From the NCBI GenBank assembly GCA_963782055.1, contig CAWAIF010000003.1:2464001-2528000 (forward strand): DNA of 64,000 bases, in the 5' to 3' direction. Position 1 is the first letter of the stretch. Each line of letters begins with the position of its first letter. Of this stretch, positions 1 to 9,998 are shown in pieces. The notes under the pieces are model-generated. The model was not told the DNA's origin and did not search any database. It worked only from the letters and a program-made list of their open reading frames with translations. A program made the translations under genes and the position numbers. The DNA comes from an uncultured delta proteobacterium. Lineage in GTDB: Bacteria; Myxococcota_A; Polyangia; Polyangiales; Polyangiaceae.

Positions 1-278
1 GGGGTTGTTGTCCAGGGGAACGCGGGCGTCGTGAAGGAACCGGCCGAGCGCGGTCTGGTTTCTCCAGGTGTAGCGCGCGGCGCGTCCGAGGAGCGTCTTG
101 GGTCCGTGCAGTCGACGAGCCTCGCGCGCGAGCAGGAGCAGCCGAACGAAGAGCGGGCGCGCGCACGTGCGGCGTACCCGTTTCCAGCGGTGCGGCAGGA
201 GGTTGGCGAGCTGGTCGGCGGCGGTCTTGTCGATGCGGCCGAGGACGTCGGCCAGGTACTCGACGGGGTTCACGCCGA
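1..278 (-). pseudogene. IS66-family TnpC remnants (C-terminal piece fused to an internal piece), runs off the window edge
   Basis: Minus-strand translation GVNPVEYLADVLGRIDKTAADQLANLLPHRWK followed by PKTLLGRAARYTWRNQTALGRFLHDARVPLDNN; both are IS66 TnpC-like motifs. Confidence 0.7.
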
Positions 279-518
279 CACAGCTATACCGCGACGAACT
301 CCGTCGTCGTCGGCCCTAGGCGGCTCCTGCAGTATCCGAGCCGCTGCGGCGAGACACGACGTCAGCGAGCCAGACAGCCAGACAACCCCCCGCCCAGGGC
401 CCTGCCTGCGCCCTAGCATGGTCGCCGCTTGTTGCACGTGCGACAGCCACGTGGTTCACCGATGGGTTACGCAGCACCGACAGTCGTCGACAATGACAAA
501 ACAACCTGGCGCCGCGTG

Positions 519-2489
519 TTACGGAAGAACGTGCCGCGTCGTAGCAGTCCCATCGAGCCATGCCTCCCACATCAAGACAAACCACAACGACTGCTGCCAG
601 TTTCTCCGCCCGGAGAGGTGCTCAAGCCATCGCTTCCGAACGGGCGCGGGGTCTAGGTAGCCTTCTCGGCGAAGACGCGACTCGCTCAGGAGATCTTCCG
701 CCCAGGAACGAAGTGGGCCTCGCAGCCAGCGTCCGATGGGCACGCTGAATCCACGCTTTGGTCGATCGAACAACCGTGGCGGAAGATAGCGCGAAAGCAC
801 CCTACGAAGGATCCACTTTCCGCGGCCGTACCGAACTTTCTGGGCGAGTGGGACGCGCCATGCGAAGCTAACGACCTCTGGATCAAGGAATGGAACGCGG
901 GTCTCGAGTGCAACGGACATCGCAGCCCGGTCGACCTTCACTAGAATATCGTCAGGTAGATACGTAGAGGCGTCGGCAAACATCGCGCGCTCGGTGAGCG
1001 TCGCGCCGCTCAGGCCCCTCTCGTTCAGAGCTAGCACGTCCGAACGATCGAGGCCGCGCTTGACCAGACGGTCCACCCCATCCCAGCTTGCGAGTAGGCT
1101 CGCGTAGAACTCGTCGCCGCTGCTTGCACTGGCATATTCGCCGAGGCGCCGGGCGCGGTCGCAGAACCGGCCGGAGACCGCTGTTGGTGGCCGTTGCGCG
1201 GACGACACAAACCCAAGGCCATGGCCGGCGTGGTCACGTGCCAGCAGGGCTGATACCGCACGCTTGAAACCAATTGGCAGCCTGCCACTCACGGCCCAGA
1301 CACGCCGTGCGAGGGCATAACGCCCGTATCCCCCAAACAGCTCGTCGCCCCCATCTCCAGACAGGCTCACGACTACGTGCCGCCGTGCTAGTCTCGAGAC
1401 AAGAAGCGTTGGGATCTGAGAAGAGTCACCAAACGGTTCGTCATATAGCCGCGGTAGGTCCGGGATGACACTGCGCGCATCCTCGGAAGTAACATAAGCC
1501 TCCGTATGGTCGGTGCCGAGGTGACGCGCAACCTCAGCGGCGTAAGGGGCCTCATTGTAGGTCGCATCGTCGAAGCCTATCGTGAACGTCCGCACCGGCC
1601 GACTGCTCTGCTCTTGCATTAGGGCGGCGACGATACTCGAGTCAATGCCCCCGGACAGGAACGCCCCAAGCGGAACGTCAGAAACCATCTGTCGCCGAAC
1701 CGCACGCCGCAAGGTGGTATCACAACGCCTCACGACCTCGAGATCGCTCAACGCGAATGGATGGCGAAGCCCATCCTCAGCAACGGCGCGCAGCGACCAG
1801 TAGGACGAAGGTGTGTTGGTGGCATCGGATTCGCCACGAAGCCGAAGCCAGCAGCCAGCCGGCAACTTGCGGACGCCCTGGTAGACCGAGCGGGCTCCCG
1901 GGACGCAACCAAACTTGAAAAAGGAACATAACGCATCACGATCCACGGCCGCCGTGAAACCGGGATGCGCGACGAGCGCCTTCAGCTCGGAACCGAAGAG
2001 CAGCGCTCGGCCGCCAGCGCCTGCGCCATAGTACAGCGGCTTTTCGCCTAGCCGATCCCGGGCCAAGAAGAGCGCCCGCTCGGCGGTATCCCAGGTGGCG
2101 ATTGCAAACATGCCGTGGGCCCGTCGTAGCGTGTCGACAAAACCCCATTGCTCGAAGCCGGCAAGAAGTACTTCGGTGTCAGAACGGGTCGCGAACCGAA
2201 ACCCATGGAACTCGAGCTCGCGGCGAAGATCGAGAAAGTTATAGATCTCGCCATTAAACACGACGACGTAGCGCCCTGAGCGTGATCGCATAGGCTGGTG
2301 GGCGGCAGCGGTTAGATCAAGAATTGCAAGACGCCGGTGGCCCAGCGCAATGCCACACGTTGGGTCCACCCACGTGCCCGCGTCGTCCGGCCCGCGGTGG
2401 CGAATGGACAAAGACATCGTCGTCGCGATTCGCGTCGACTCGTCAGCCGTTAGGGTGTCGCGAGTCAAAAAGCCTGCAATTCCGCACAT
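519..2489 (-). CDS. asnB: Asparagine synthase (glutamine-hydrolysing) family amidotransferase of a polysaccharide locus
   Basis: Starts MCGIAGF (Ntn Cys2); HRGPDD, NGEIYNF, LSGGIDSS and SGDGGDELFGGY motifs. Confidence 0.95.
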   Translation of the reverse strand: MCGIAGFLTRDTLTADESTRIATTMSLSIRHRGPDDAGTWVDPTCGIALGHRRLAILDLTAAAHQPMRSRSGRYVVVFNGEIYNFLDLRRELEFHGFRFATRSDTEVLLAGFEQWGFVDTLRRAHGMFAIATWDTAERALFLARDRLGEKPLYYGAGAGGRALLFGSELKALVAHPGFTAAVDRDALCSFFKFGCVPGARSVYQGVRKLPAGCWLRLRGESDATNTPSSYWSLRAVAEDGLRHPFALSDLEVVRRCDTTLRRAVRRQMVSDVPLGAFLSGGIDSSIVAALMQEQSSRPVRTFTIGFDDATYNEAPYAAEVARHLGTDHTEAYVTSEDARSVIPDLPRLYDEPFGDSSQIPTLLVSRLARRHVVVSLSGDGGDELFGGYGRYALARRVWAVSGRLPIGFKRAVSALLARDHAGHGLGFVSSAQRPPTAVSGRFCDRARRLGEYASASSGDEFYASLLASWDGVDRLVKRGLDRSDVLALNERGLSGATLTERAMFADASTYLPDDILVKVDRAAMSVALETRVPFLDPEVVSFAWRVPLAQKVRYGRGKWILRRVLSRYLPPRLFDRPKRGFSVPIGRWLRGPLRSWAEDLLSESRLRREGYLDPAPVRKRWLEHLSGRRNWQQSLWFVLMWEAWLDGTATTRHVLP

Positions 2490-2511
2490 CAGTGAGCCCT
2501 CCGCGAGGTGG

Positions 2512-3882
2512 TCACGGGGTGGAGACAATAGAAGACGAAGCCAGCGCGCGAAGTCGCCGACGTAGCGCCATAAAAATAAGTGTAAAAGAGACCAGGTAGA
2601 CAACGGAAGTCGAGAGGGCGATGCCCGGCAAGCCCATGTAGTGAACAAGGGTGACGTCGGCGACGACGTTCACTACCAAGTTAACGACGCTGATCCTCAT
2701 GATGGCGGTATTTGCTGAGAGCGCGTTCAAGGCGCGTACGCCGAGCACCCCGGCGAGGTGAAACGGGAGCTGAAGCGCGTACATGACCTGCACGTGTGCG
2801 ACGAGGGAGGTTGACGTGGCCGTAAAGGCGCCACGCTGGTATAGGATGCGCGTGAGGGGCGACGACTCTGCTATCAAGAATGCCGTGATGGGAATGGTCG
2901 CGGCTAGCACGACGCCGATCCACCGGCGAAGCGTGCGGCGAAAGCCAGTCCAGTCGTGCGATGCGGCGAGGGAGGAGAATTGTGGCAGCAAGACTGCCCC
3001 GACGCTCGCGGCGCCAACCGTCATGGCGAGGCCAACGAAGCGGTTCGCGAAGGCCAGGGAAGAAATGCTACCTACAGCAAGGAAGGAGGCGACCGCCTGG
3101 TCGACGAGCGGTGAGGAGCTGCTCGTGGCCGTGCCTGCGAGCGCTGGAATGTACTGTCGCACAACGCGACGCAGCGGGGCGGAATAGCCATGCCAGCCCG
3201 GCACCGGCGAATAGCCGGCCGCCGCCGCGCCGGCGGCCCGCACGCAGCACTCGACCGCCAGGCCGCCGACCGTGCCGACTGCGAGAGCGTACGTGTCGAT
3301 GTTGCGAAGAAGGACGGCAGCAAGAACAATCGAGATCGAGCTGATAGCGGGGGTAGAGGCGACGAGAGCGAACCGACGTTCCGCATTCAAGACGGATGCG
3401 AACAAGTTCGAAAGCGCCGTTAGCGGGACCGAGGGAAGCAAAACGTAAAATAGGCGCACCGCAAGATCTAGGCGAGCGGCGGGGAGCCCTGGGGCGAGGA
3501 GGCGTAGGAGCAGCGGAGCCGTGACTGCCAGAAGGAGCGTCGCGAGCGCGAGCCCTGCGCAGGCGAGCGTGAGTGCCCCGCGAAGCAGCTTCACGGACGC
3601 CGGCCGACCTCCGTCCATCTTTGCGCGAACCAGCTCCGGAATCAGCGCGACGCTGATTCCCGCGGTCACGACATTGGCAAAAAACGTGGGCACGGCTACC
3701 GCCACCAGGAACGCGTCGAGGGAGCTCGCCGTTCCAAAGCGAAACGCCACAAACAGCTCCTTGCCCATCGCGGCGGCGCGCGCACACACGACAATCAGGG
3801 CCGTGACCAAGATGCTGGCTGCGATGCGAGGCACGACGTGCAAACTACGCGCGGGCGCCGAGGCGGAGGCTGCAGGATCCAT
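2512..3882 (-). CDS. MurJ/MviN-like MOP-superfamily flippase
   Basis: Many TM segments; KELFVAFRFGTASSLDAFLVA and LYQRGAFT motifs; polysaccharide context. Confidence 0.85.
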   Translation of the reverse strand: MDPAASASAPARSLHVVPRIAASILVTALIVVCARAAAMGKELFVAFRFGTASSLDAFLVAVAVPTFFANVVTAGISVALIPELVRAKMDGGRPASVKLLRGALTLACAGLALATLLLAVTAPLLLRLLAPGLPAARLDLAVRLFYVLLPSVPLTALSNLFASVLNAERRFALVASTPAISSISIVLAAVLLRNIDTYALAVGTVGGLAVECCVRAAGAAAAGYSPVPGWHGYSAPLRRVVRQYIPALAGTATSSSSPLVDQAVASFLAVGSISSLAFANRFVGLAMTVGAASVGAVLLPQFSSLAASHDWTGFRRTLRRWIGVVLAATIPITAFLIAESSPLTRILYQRGAFTATSTSLVAHVQVMYALQLPFHLAGVLGVRALNALSANTAIMRISVVNLVVNVVADVTLVHYMGLPGIALSTSVVYLVSFTLIFMALRRRLRALASSSIVSTP

Positions 3883-3963
3883 GGAAGATTGGGGGAAGAC
3901 GCGAGCCTGGACGACGTGGTGAACGACTTGTCAGCGCCGGAGGTTGCGGTAGGCTAACCGAGC

Positions 3964-4839
3964 ATGTGGCGTGTGCCATCGTTAATCTGTGCCGTGACCG
4001 CTATCGCCCTCGTCGTGGCCTGCGGGTTGCCGGGCACTGGCTTAGGTGGGGTAGCGGGCCCCGATGGGGGCGTGGACGCGAATGCGGACGTCGACCTTAG
4101 AGCTGGGGATTCCGACGGTGGAGCGGACACCGGCGCGGACGTCGCGACGCCCCCGGAGGGAGCAGAACCGGGAGAACTGGGGTCGAAGCCGGTCGTGTGG
4201 CTTCGGGACCAGATAGTCGCTCCTGACGCCGGCACCGACGCGGAGGCGAGTGGATGGCTGGATAGCTCCGGTCATGATGCTGGCGTAAGGGCGCTTGGGG
4301 CGAAGCCCTCGGTCAATTGGTCAGACCCGATGTTTGGCAGCCATCCGACCATCAAGTTTCAGGATAGTACCCAGATGACGAACCCGGGGCTGGTGGTTTC
4401 AAAGCAGCCTATCACTGTATTCTTGGTGGGTAGCGCCGGTGTCAAGGCGGGGCTCTATACGATCTTTTTCGATAGCATGAGCACTGGAGCTGCCCGTGTG
4501 GGGATCTTCTCGGATCCTGTCGGGAAGCTATCAGTCTACACCGGCGCCACGAAAGCGTTCTGGACGAGCGCGCTACCCGCGACGAGCCCCATGATCCTCA
4601 TAGCGATCTTTGATGGTCCAAATTCTCGCATATTTGCCTCATCAAACGTGGGGGTCGCGGCTAACACATTGGATGCCGCGTCGGGATTGGGCGGCGTATC
4701 GATTGGTGGGAATGGGGGCGCGGGCTTGCGTGGCGCACTAGCGGAGGTGGCCGTGTGGTCAACGGCGCTGTCATTGCTAGATGTGTTTCGATTGAATCAA
4801 TACGCGTCGCTTCGGTATGGTGTCGCCCTGCAGCCGTAA
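3964..4839 (+). CDS. Hypothetical lipoprotein, possible concanavalin/LamG-like C-terminal domain
   Basis: Lipobox LVVAC; D/A/G-rich linker; C-terminal GALAEVAVWSTALS pattern. Confidence 0.6.
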   Translation: MWRVPSLICAVTAIALVVACGLPGTGLGGVAGPDGGVDANADVDLRAGDSDGGADTGADVATPPEGAEPGELGSKPVVWLRDQIVAPDAGTDAEASGWLDSSGHDAGVRALGAKPSVNWSDPMFGSHPTIKFQDSTQMTNPGLVVSKQPITVFLVGSAGVKAGLYTIFFDSMSTGAARVGIFSDPVGKLSVYTGATKAFWTSALPATSPMILIAIFDGPNSRIFASSNVGVAANTLDAASGLGGVSIGGNGGAGLRGALAEVAVWSTALSLLDVFRLNQYASLRYGVALQP

Positions 4840-4857
4840 GCGTCATAGCTCTAATAG

Positions 4858-5934
4858 ATGGATAAATTTTCGGACAAGCCTGTGATCGCGACGCGGTTCA
4901 TGGAACGACGGCCGGAGGAACTCGCGCTGTTCGCTGCTTGTTTTCGGCGAAATGGGTCGCCGCGGTCAACGGCCTCGCTGGAGTGGCAGTACCTGATGAA
5001 CCCTGCCGGTGTGATGCTGGTGGATCTCGCGTTCGCGACAGACCGGCACGTCGCAGCCATTTACGCGACGCTTCCACAGCGCATGCGCATTGGGGGAGCG
5101 CCGGCGCTTGGAGCTCAATCGCTGGATACGATTACGGACCGGCAGTTCCGTGGACGAGGCTTGTTTGTGAAGCTGGCCGAGGCAACGTACCGCCGCGCAC
5201 GGCAAGACGGATTTGCACTTGTATTCGGGTTTCCAAATGGCAACTCTGTTCACGGCTTCTTTCGCCGGCTCGGATGGCAATCACTTGACCCTGTACCGTT
5301 TCTCGTGCGGCCGCTTCGGACGGGGTACCTGCTTAGACGCGTCGGGCTGCCTTGGCTTAGTAGGCGTGTGCATGATATGGACTTGGCGCCCCGGCTGCCG
5401 AGACCACTGGAGTATCCGCTGCGCATTGAGCGGCTGCGACGTTTTGACGAGCGCCACACGTCGCTGTGGGAGCAGTTTAGTCGTGATGTGGGCGTGGCCG
5501 TCGAACGAGACGCGCAGTACCTCAACTGGCGTCTGGTCGACAAGCCCGAAGTGGAGTACGTGAACTACGAGGTCATGCTGGGGGAGCAGGTTGTGGCAAT
5601 GCTTAGCTATTGTGTGAGGGCTAAGCATGCGGGTCGTGTGGGCTACGTCATGGAGGCCCTCTGCCTGCCGGGCATGGAGCGCGTGCTCAACTGGCTCCTG
5701 CGGTACGCACTGCGCCAAATGGCTGACGCGGGCGCGGATATCGCCCTCGCCTGGAGCGCACCGCATGCTAGAACATATAACGTTTTTCGTCGAAACCTGT
5801 TTGCCCCGTTTCCGGAGCGGGTTCGTCCCATTGAGCTGCACTGGGGCGTTCGCGGCTTCACTGGCAGAGCAAGCGAATTGGCGGGCGATCGGAAGCAGTG
5901 GTACTTGAGCTATTTGGATAGCGATACCGTGTAG
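4858..5934 (+). CDS. GNAT-family N-acetyltransferase
   Basis: DTITDRQFRGRGLF acetyl-CoA motif, FGFPN, R..YLNWR. Confidence 0.85.
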   Translation: MDKFSDKPVIATRFMERRPEELALFAACFRRNGSPRSTASLEWQYLMNPAGVMLVDLAFATDRHVAAIYATLPQRMRIGGAPALGAQSLDTITDRQFRGRGLFVKLAEATYRRARQDGFALVFGFPNGNSVHGFFRRLGWQSLDPVPFLVRPLRTGYLLRRVGLPWLSRRVHDMDLAPRLPRPLEYPLRIERLRRFDERHTSLWEQFSRDVGVAVERDAQYLNWRLVDKPEVEYVNYEVMLGEQVVAMLSYCVRAKHAGRVGYVMEALCLPGMERVLNWLLRYALRQMADAGADIALAWSAPHARTYNVFRRNLFAPFPERVRPIELHWGVRGFTGRASELAGDRKQWYLSYLDSDTV

Positions 5935-5964
5935 ACTGCGAGCCGGCATATCGGCTCAGCTTTA

Positions 5965-6168
5965 GGCCTCCTCAGCAGAACCTGTGGGTGAGCCAAGGCG
6001 GCTCGGGTAGCGCACCAAGCGCATGATATAGGGCGATCTCGGCGTGCCTTGGACCGCGGAAGCCGTACGCCTCTCGAGTCGTAACTCGCGCCTTGTTGTT
6101 GAAACCGTCGGTGGCGCCTGCGGCGAACTCGCCTCGGGCGAGGAACCGGTTGAGCAGCTCGCGTCGGT
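5965..6168 (-). pseudogene. ISL3-family transposase C-terminal remnant with right end
   Basis: DGFNNKARVTTREAYGFR...EIALYHALGALPEP..THRFC; cut at 6168 by another element end. Confidence 0.8.
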
Positions 6169-6251
6169 TGTTGATGGTCGCCCAGAAGCGCCGAAATTTG
6201 GACCTCAGCCCGGGTCCGCGCGAGCGTGATGCCGGACGCACGAAAAAAAGG
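6169..6251 (+). repeat. 83-bp stub of an IS left end (TGTTGATGGTCG...), direct repeat of 8487-8569
   Basis: Near-identical (one mismatch seen) to 8487-8569; begins with TG like IS21-type ends. Confidence 0.8.
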
Positions 6252-6307
6252 TATCCCTTCGCCGAACCACGTGCACGACGTCGGGGGTCGCGTGAGGCCC
6301 GTGGCGC

Positions 6308-7905
6308 TCAGCCCGGGCCGAGGGTGAGGCGCCGGAACGGGCTCGCGTCGAGCAAGCGGCGCACGTCGTCGGTGTCGCGCGTCCGGGTCCACTCGACGGG
6401 CGATAGTTCGAGGAGGCGATGCTCGGGCCAGCGGGGCAGCAGGCAGAACACGTCGCGCAGGTACGCCCACGGCTCGACGCCGCAGAGCCGCAGAGCCGGC
6501 AGCTCGCGAGCAGCGAGGTGAAGATGGCGTTGACGGCGCCGCCGTCGTCGCTGCCGACGAAGAGCCAGTTCTTGCGCCCGACCGCTTCCCTGCGGAGGTT
6601 GAGCTCGCTCATGTTGTTGTGAATCGGCAGCCGGCCGTCTTCGAGAAAGCGCGAGAGCCCCACGCGCTGGTTGCCCACGTAGCGGATGCCGTCGGAGATG
6701 GGCGTGTCGTCGAGGACGTGCGGCGCCTCGGCGTCGCACCAGGAGAAGAAGTTGTCGACGATCGGTCCGGAGCGTTTCTCGCGGATGCGCTCTCGCTTCT
6801 TGCGAGGTGAGTCGGCGATGGTGCGCTCGATGCGGAACAGCGCGCCGATGAGACCGAGCGCGACCTTCGCGCGCTCGGGATCGGAGTCCAGTGCCTTGAA
6901 GAAGTAGCGGCGGCAGTGCGCCCAGCAGTTGACCTCGACGACGTCGCCCTCCGCGTAGAGGTGGTCGTAGACGACGTGGGCGTCGGCGACGAGGTAGCCC
7001 TGGTAGCCGGCGAGCATATCGTCGACCGCGTCGCTCGAGTGGTCGCGCGTGTAGTCGAAGAGCACGTGCCGCCCGGGCGCGACGGTGACCCAGAAGTGGC
7101 CGGTGCGGCACTTGTCCGTGTGCTGCACGAGCACGCCGGTGGCGTCGACGCAGAGGTACGGCTGCGCGAAGGCGTCCAGGCGCATGGCCGCGACCAGCGG
7201 CCGCGCGAGCTCCGCGAGCTCGCCGTGCCAGCCGCACATCGTCGAGCGCGCGAGTTCGATGCCGTCGCGCGCGTACACGCCCTCGAGCCGGTGGAGCGGC
7301 TGATGGTCCTGCCAGCGCTTGACGATCGTGTCGGCGAGCATCCCGGGGCCCGCGAGGCCCTTCGGGATCGGCAGCTCGGGCGGCTCGGCGACGAGCACCT
7401 CGGTGGGCGCGTCGCGCTCGCGATCCCTGCGCACGAACTTCGGGCGCACGATGCGTGCGACGACGAAGGACGCCGGGCGCCGCTCGATCGTCTCGCTCAC
7501 CTCCTCGCCGATGCGCTCGAAGGCGTCGAGCCCCGCGCGCTCGACCTCCGGCGGGAGCACCTGGATCTCGACGCGCGGCAGGTGCTCGGGTATCGGCTTG
7601 CGGCCCGTGGGCTTGTGTCGGGTGTGGCCGCGCACCTCTTGCTCGGCGTCCGCTTCGGTCATCGCGGCGTCGAGCTCCACGCGCGCACGCTCGCCGAGCA
7701 TCATGGCGAGCACGTCGAGCGACAGCTGCGAGCTGTCCTTCGACAGGTGCTCGGACTTGGACGCGAGCAGACCCCGCTCGAGCTTGCGGCACCGCTCCAT
7801 CATCTCGAGGTAGAGGCGCCGGTACTCGTCGCGCTCCTGCTGCGCCGCCGCGAACTTCCTCTCGAGCTCGTCGAGCCGCTCGGCGATCTGCATCGCGTCG
7901 CTCAC
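6308..7905 (-). pseudogene. IS66 transposase TnpC, frameshifted near the C-terminus
   Basis: VDATG, LVADAH, CWAHCRRYF, NNMSELNLR..AVGRKNWLF; an 8-bp tandem duplication at 6482-6497 moves the VEPWAYLRDV tail into another frame. Confidence 0.9.
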
Positions 7906-7961
7906 GAAGACTGCTTCTGATCGAAGCGCGATCTCGCGTCAACGCGAAACGATCGCGGCGA

Positions 7962-8273
7962 TCACTTTTCCATGCCGCGAAGGATCACGGCGAGCGTGCG
8001 CGCGTCGATGGTCGCCATCGGTCGGTCGGAGCGGCCGGGCTCGGGCAGCTCGAAGCGCGCGTTGTGGAGGCGCTTGTAGAGGATGCAGTAGCCGTTGCGA
8101 TCGAACCACAGCACCTTCAGCCGGTTGCCGCGCTTGCTCGCGAACACGAAGAGCGCGCCGCTCTGCGGGTCGAGCGCCAGCCGCTCGGTGACGGCGAGCG
8201 CGAGCGCGTCGAAGGACCTGCGCATGTCCTGGCGCTCGGTGCAGACGAAGATCCGGACCGACGTCGGGATCAA
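7962..8273 (-). CDS. IS66 accessory protein TnpB (Orf2)
   Basis: DMRRSFDAL, LFVFASKRGNRLKVLWFDRNGYCILYKRL. Confidence 0.92.
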   Translation of the reverse strand: MIPTSVRIFVCTERQDMRRSFDALALAVTERLALDPQSGALFVFASKRGNRLKVLWFDRNGYCILYKRLHNARFELPEPGRSDRPMATIDARTLAVILRGMEK

Positions 8274-8486
8274 GCGCGCCGCTCCAGCATGTCCAGCAGC
8301 CGGCCGAGCGCCACCGCGTCGAAGTCGACCGGCACGCGGACGACGCGCTCCGCGCCGCGCAGCACGAGCTCCAGAGCGCCGCCTTGCGTCGCTGTCGGCG
8401 GCAGTTCCACGAACGTGACCGGCGGCGACGCCGGCCCCGACCGCTTCGGTCGCGGCTTGGGCTTCGCGTCCACGCCGACGCGCCAG
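8270..8486 (-). pseudogene. IS66 TnpA C-terminal fragment
   Basis: FVEL...LELVL..VRVPVDFDAVALGRLL; overlaps the tnpB start; 5' part missing. Confidence 0.7.
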
Positions 8487-8790
8487 TGTTGATGGTCGCC
8501 CAGAAGCGCCGAAATTTGGACCTCAGCCCGGGTCCGCGCGAGCGTGATGCCGGACGCACGACAAAAAGGGAAGGCCCGGTGTTGGACGCACCGAGCCTTC
8601 GGCGATCGGACGCGGGATCGCGCTGGATGAATCCCACGACGACCGCGGACGGATCAAGTTTCGTGCGTCCCACGACGGGACGTGAATTCGCTTCGGTTCG
8701 TCACCTGCGCAGAATGCGGGCAAATGTTCTTCCTTTGCCGCACGTGCGACCGGAGCGACCGGTACACGAGGCACGCGACGGGCCGAGTGG
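8487..8790 (+). mobile_element. Truncated left end of a probable IS21-like element with the start of a CxxC..CxxC ORF
   Basis: TGTTGATGG end; GTG at 8682 reads VNSLRFVTCAECGQMFFLCRTCDRSDRY; right boundary approximate. Confidence 0.5.
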
Positions 8791-8825
8791 CTACCATCCA
8801 GAGCGCCGCGGTTTCAGCACGAGTG

Positions 8826-9998
8826 CTAGTGGCGAAGCAGTGGGCTCAACGCGCCTAGGGTACGTTCGCGCAGGAGATGCTCGGCGTAGAGATCGGTGAC
8901 GCGCTGCCGGGCCGCTCCTCGCATTGTCGCCTCGTTTGAGCGGACCGATTGAAGTAACCTGTCGGTAGCAGCTACGAGAGCGGTGACGCTGGCCGAGGAA
9001 ACGATCGCGCCCGTCGACCCTACTATCTGTGATGAGTCACCGACGTCCGTGGCCACGGCCGGCGTTCCGCACGACATCGACTCCGCAATCGCGTTCGAAA
9101 AGCCCTCTGAGGCGGAGGTTGAGAGCAGAATGTCCGCGGCGGAGTACACGTGCGCCATCCCGTCGACCTCGCCGAGAAAGTGGACGCGGGATTGGACGCC
9201 CAAGGTGGCACTGAGGCGAAACACCTCCTCGCCGTATTGGCTTGAGCTTCGTCCCGCGAAAATGAGGTGAGCGCTACGGTGGCCGAGCGCGGCCAAAACG
9301 CGAACAGCGAGAGTCTGGCGCTTGATCGGGTCTAGCCGCCCCACCACGAGTAAGACGGGAGCTGTGGGGGGAATCCCATGATGCGCACGGAGAACTAGAG
9401 CGGGTGTCCGAACGCGGGAAAACGTGTCTGTATCTATTCCATTAGGAATGACCCGTAGCCTCAGGGGAGGAAAGCCGCGCCTCAGCGCGTAGTTGCGGCC
9501 CGCGACCGAGTTTGCAATAACGAGGTCCGCCGCACGACAAAGCGCAGTCTCCATCCGCAAGGTGGCGCGGGACAGTCGCGAGTATATCGACATGTCGCGC
9601 TCGCTGCCACGGATTCCCCAGACCACGCGAGCCCCAAACGACCGCGCGGCCGTCGCAAAAATGTTCCCATCGGGCATATAGCCGTGAACAACCCTTGGCC
9701 GAAGTCGCGCAAAAGCCATAAGGAGCCCAGCGTAGGGACGAACAGCCCACCGTGCTGCCTTGGGGAGGGCCACAACCCTGACTCCCCGCCTCCGCAGTTC
9801 AATCTCCGTGCCTGCGGAAGCGTCGAAGTGAACTACGCCAACCGCGAGTCGGGGTGAGAGAAGGTGAAGAAGGCGCACGAGCTGCCGCTCAGCGCCCCCC
9901 GTGCGAAGGGAGCGTATGACGAAAAGAACGTCGAGCTGGTTGGTGGAATGCGCGAACAATGGATTACGCAGAAGCGCGGGATGGGGGCTGGTGCTCAT
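8826..9998 (-). CDS. Glycosyltransferase family 4
   Basis: GGAERQL, IPNGID, EGFSNAIAESMSCG, TDVGD. Confidence 0.92.
   Translation of the reverse strand: MSTSPHPALLRNPLFAHSTNQLDVLFVIRSLRTGGAERQLVRLLHLLSPRLAVGVVHFDASAGTEIELRRRGVRVVALPKAARWAVRPYAGLLMAFARLRPRVVHGYMPDGNIFATAARSFGARVVWGIRGSERDMSIYSRLSRATLRMETALCRAADLVIANSVAGRNYALRRGFPPLRLRVIPNGIDTDTFSRVRTPALVLRAHHGIPPTAPVLLVVGRLDPIKRQTLAVRVLAALGHRSAHLIFAGRSSSQYGEEVFRLSATLGVQSRVHFLGEVDGMAHVYSAADILLSTSASEGFSNAIAESMSCGTPAVATDVGDSSQIVGSTGAIVSSASVTALVAATDRLLQSVRSNEATMRGAARQRVTDLYAEHLLRERTLGALSPLLRH

Larger units (their letters stand above)
6251..8486 (-). mobile_element. IS66-family element, left end truncated
   Basis: tnpA fragment, tnpB and tnpC in order; right end begins GTATCCCTTCGCCGAACC. 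Confidence 0.85.

Noticed and set aside
7962..8273. TnpB as an RNA-guided nuclease
   Set aside because: This is the 103-aa IS66 accessory TnpB, unrelated to IS200/IS605 TnpB; no RuvC motifs
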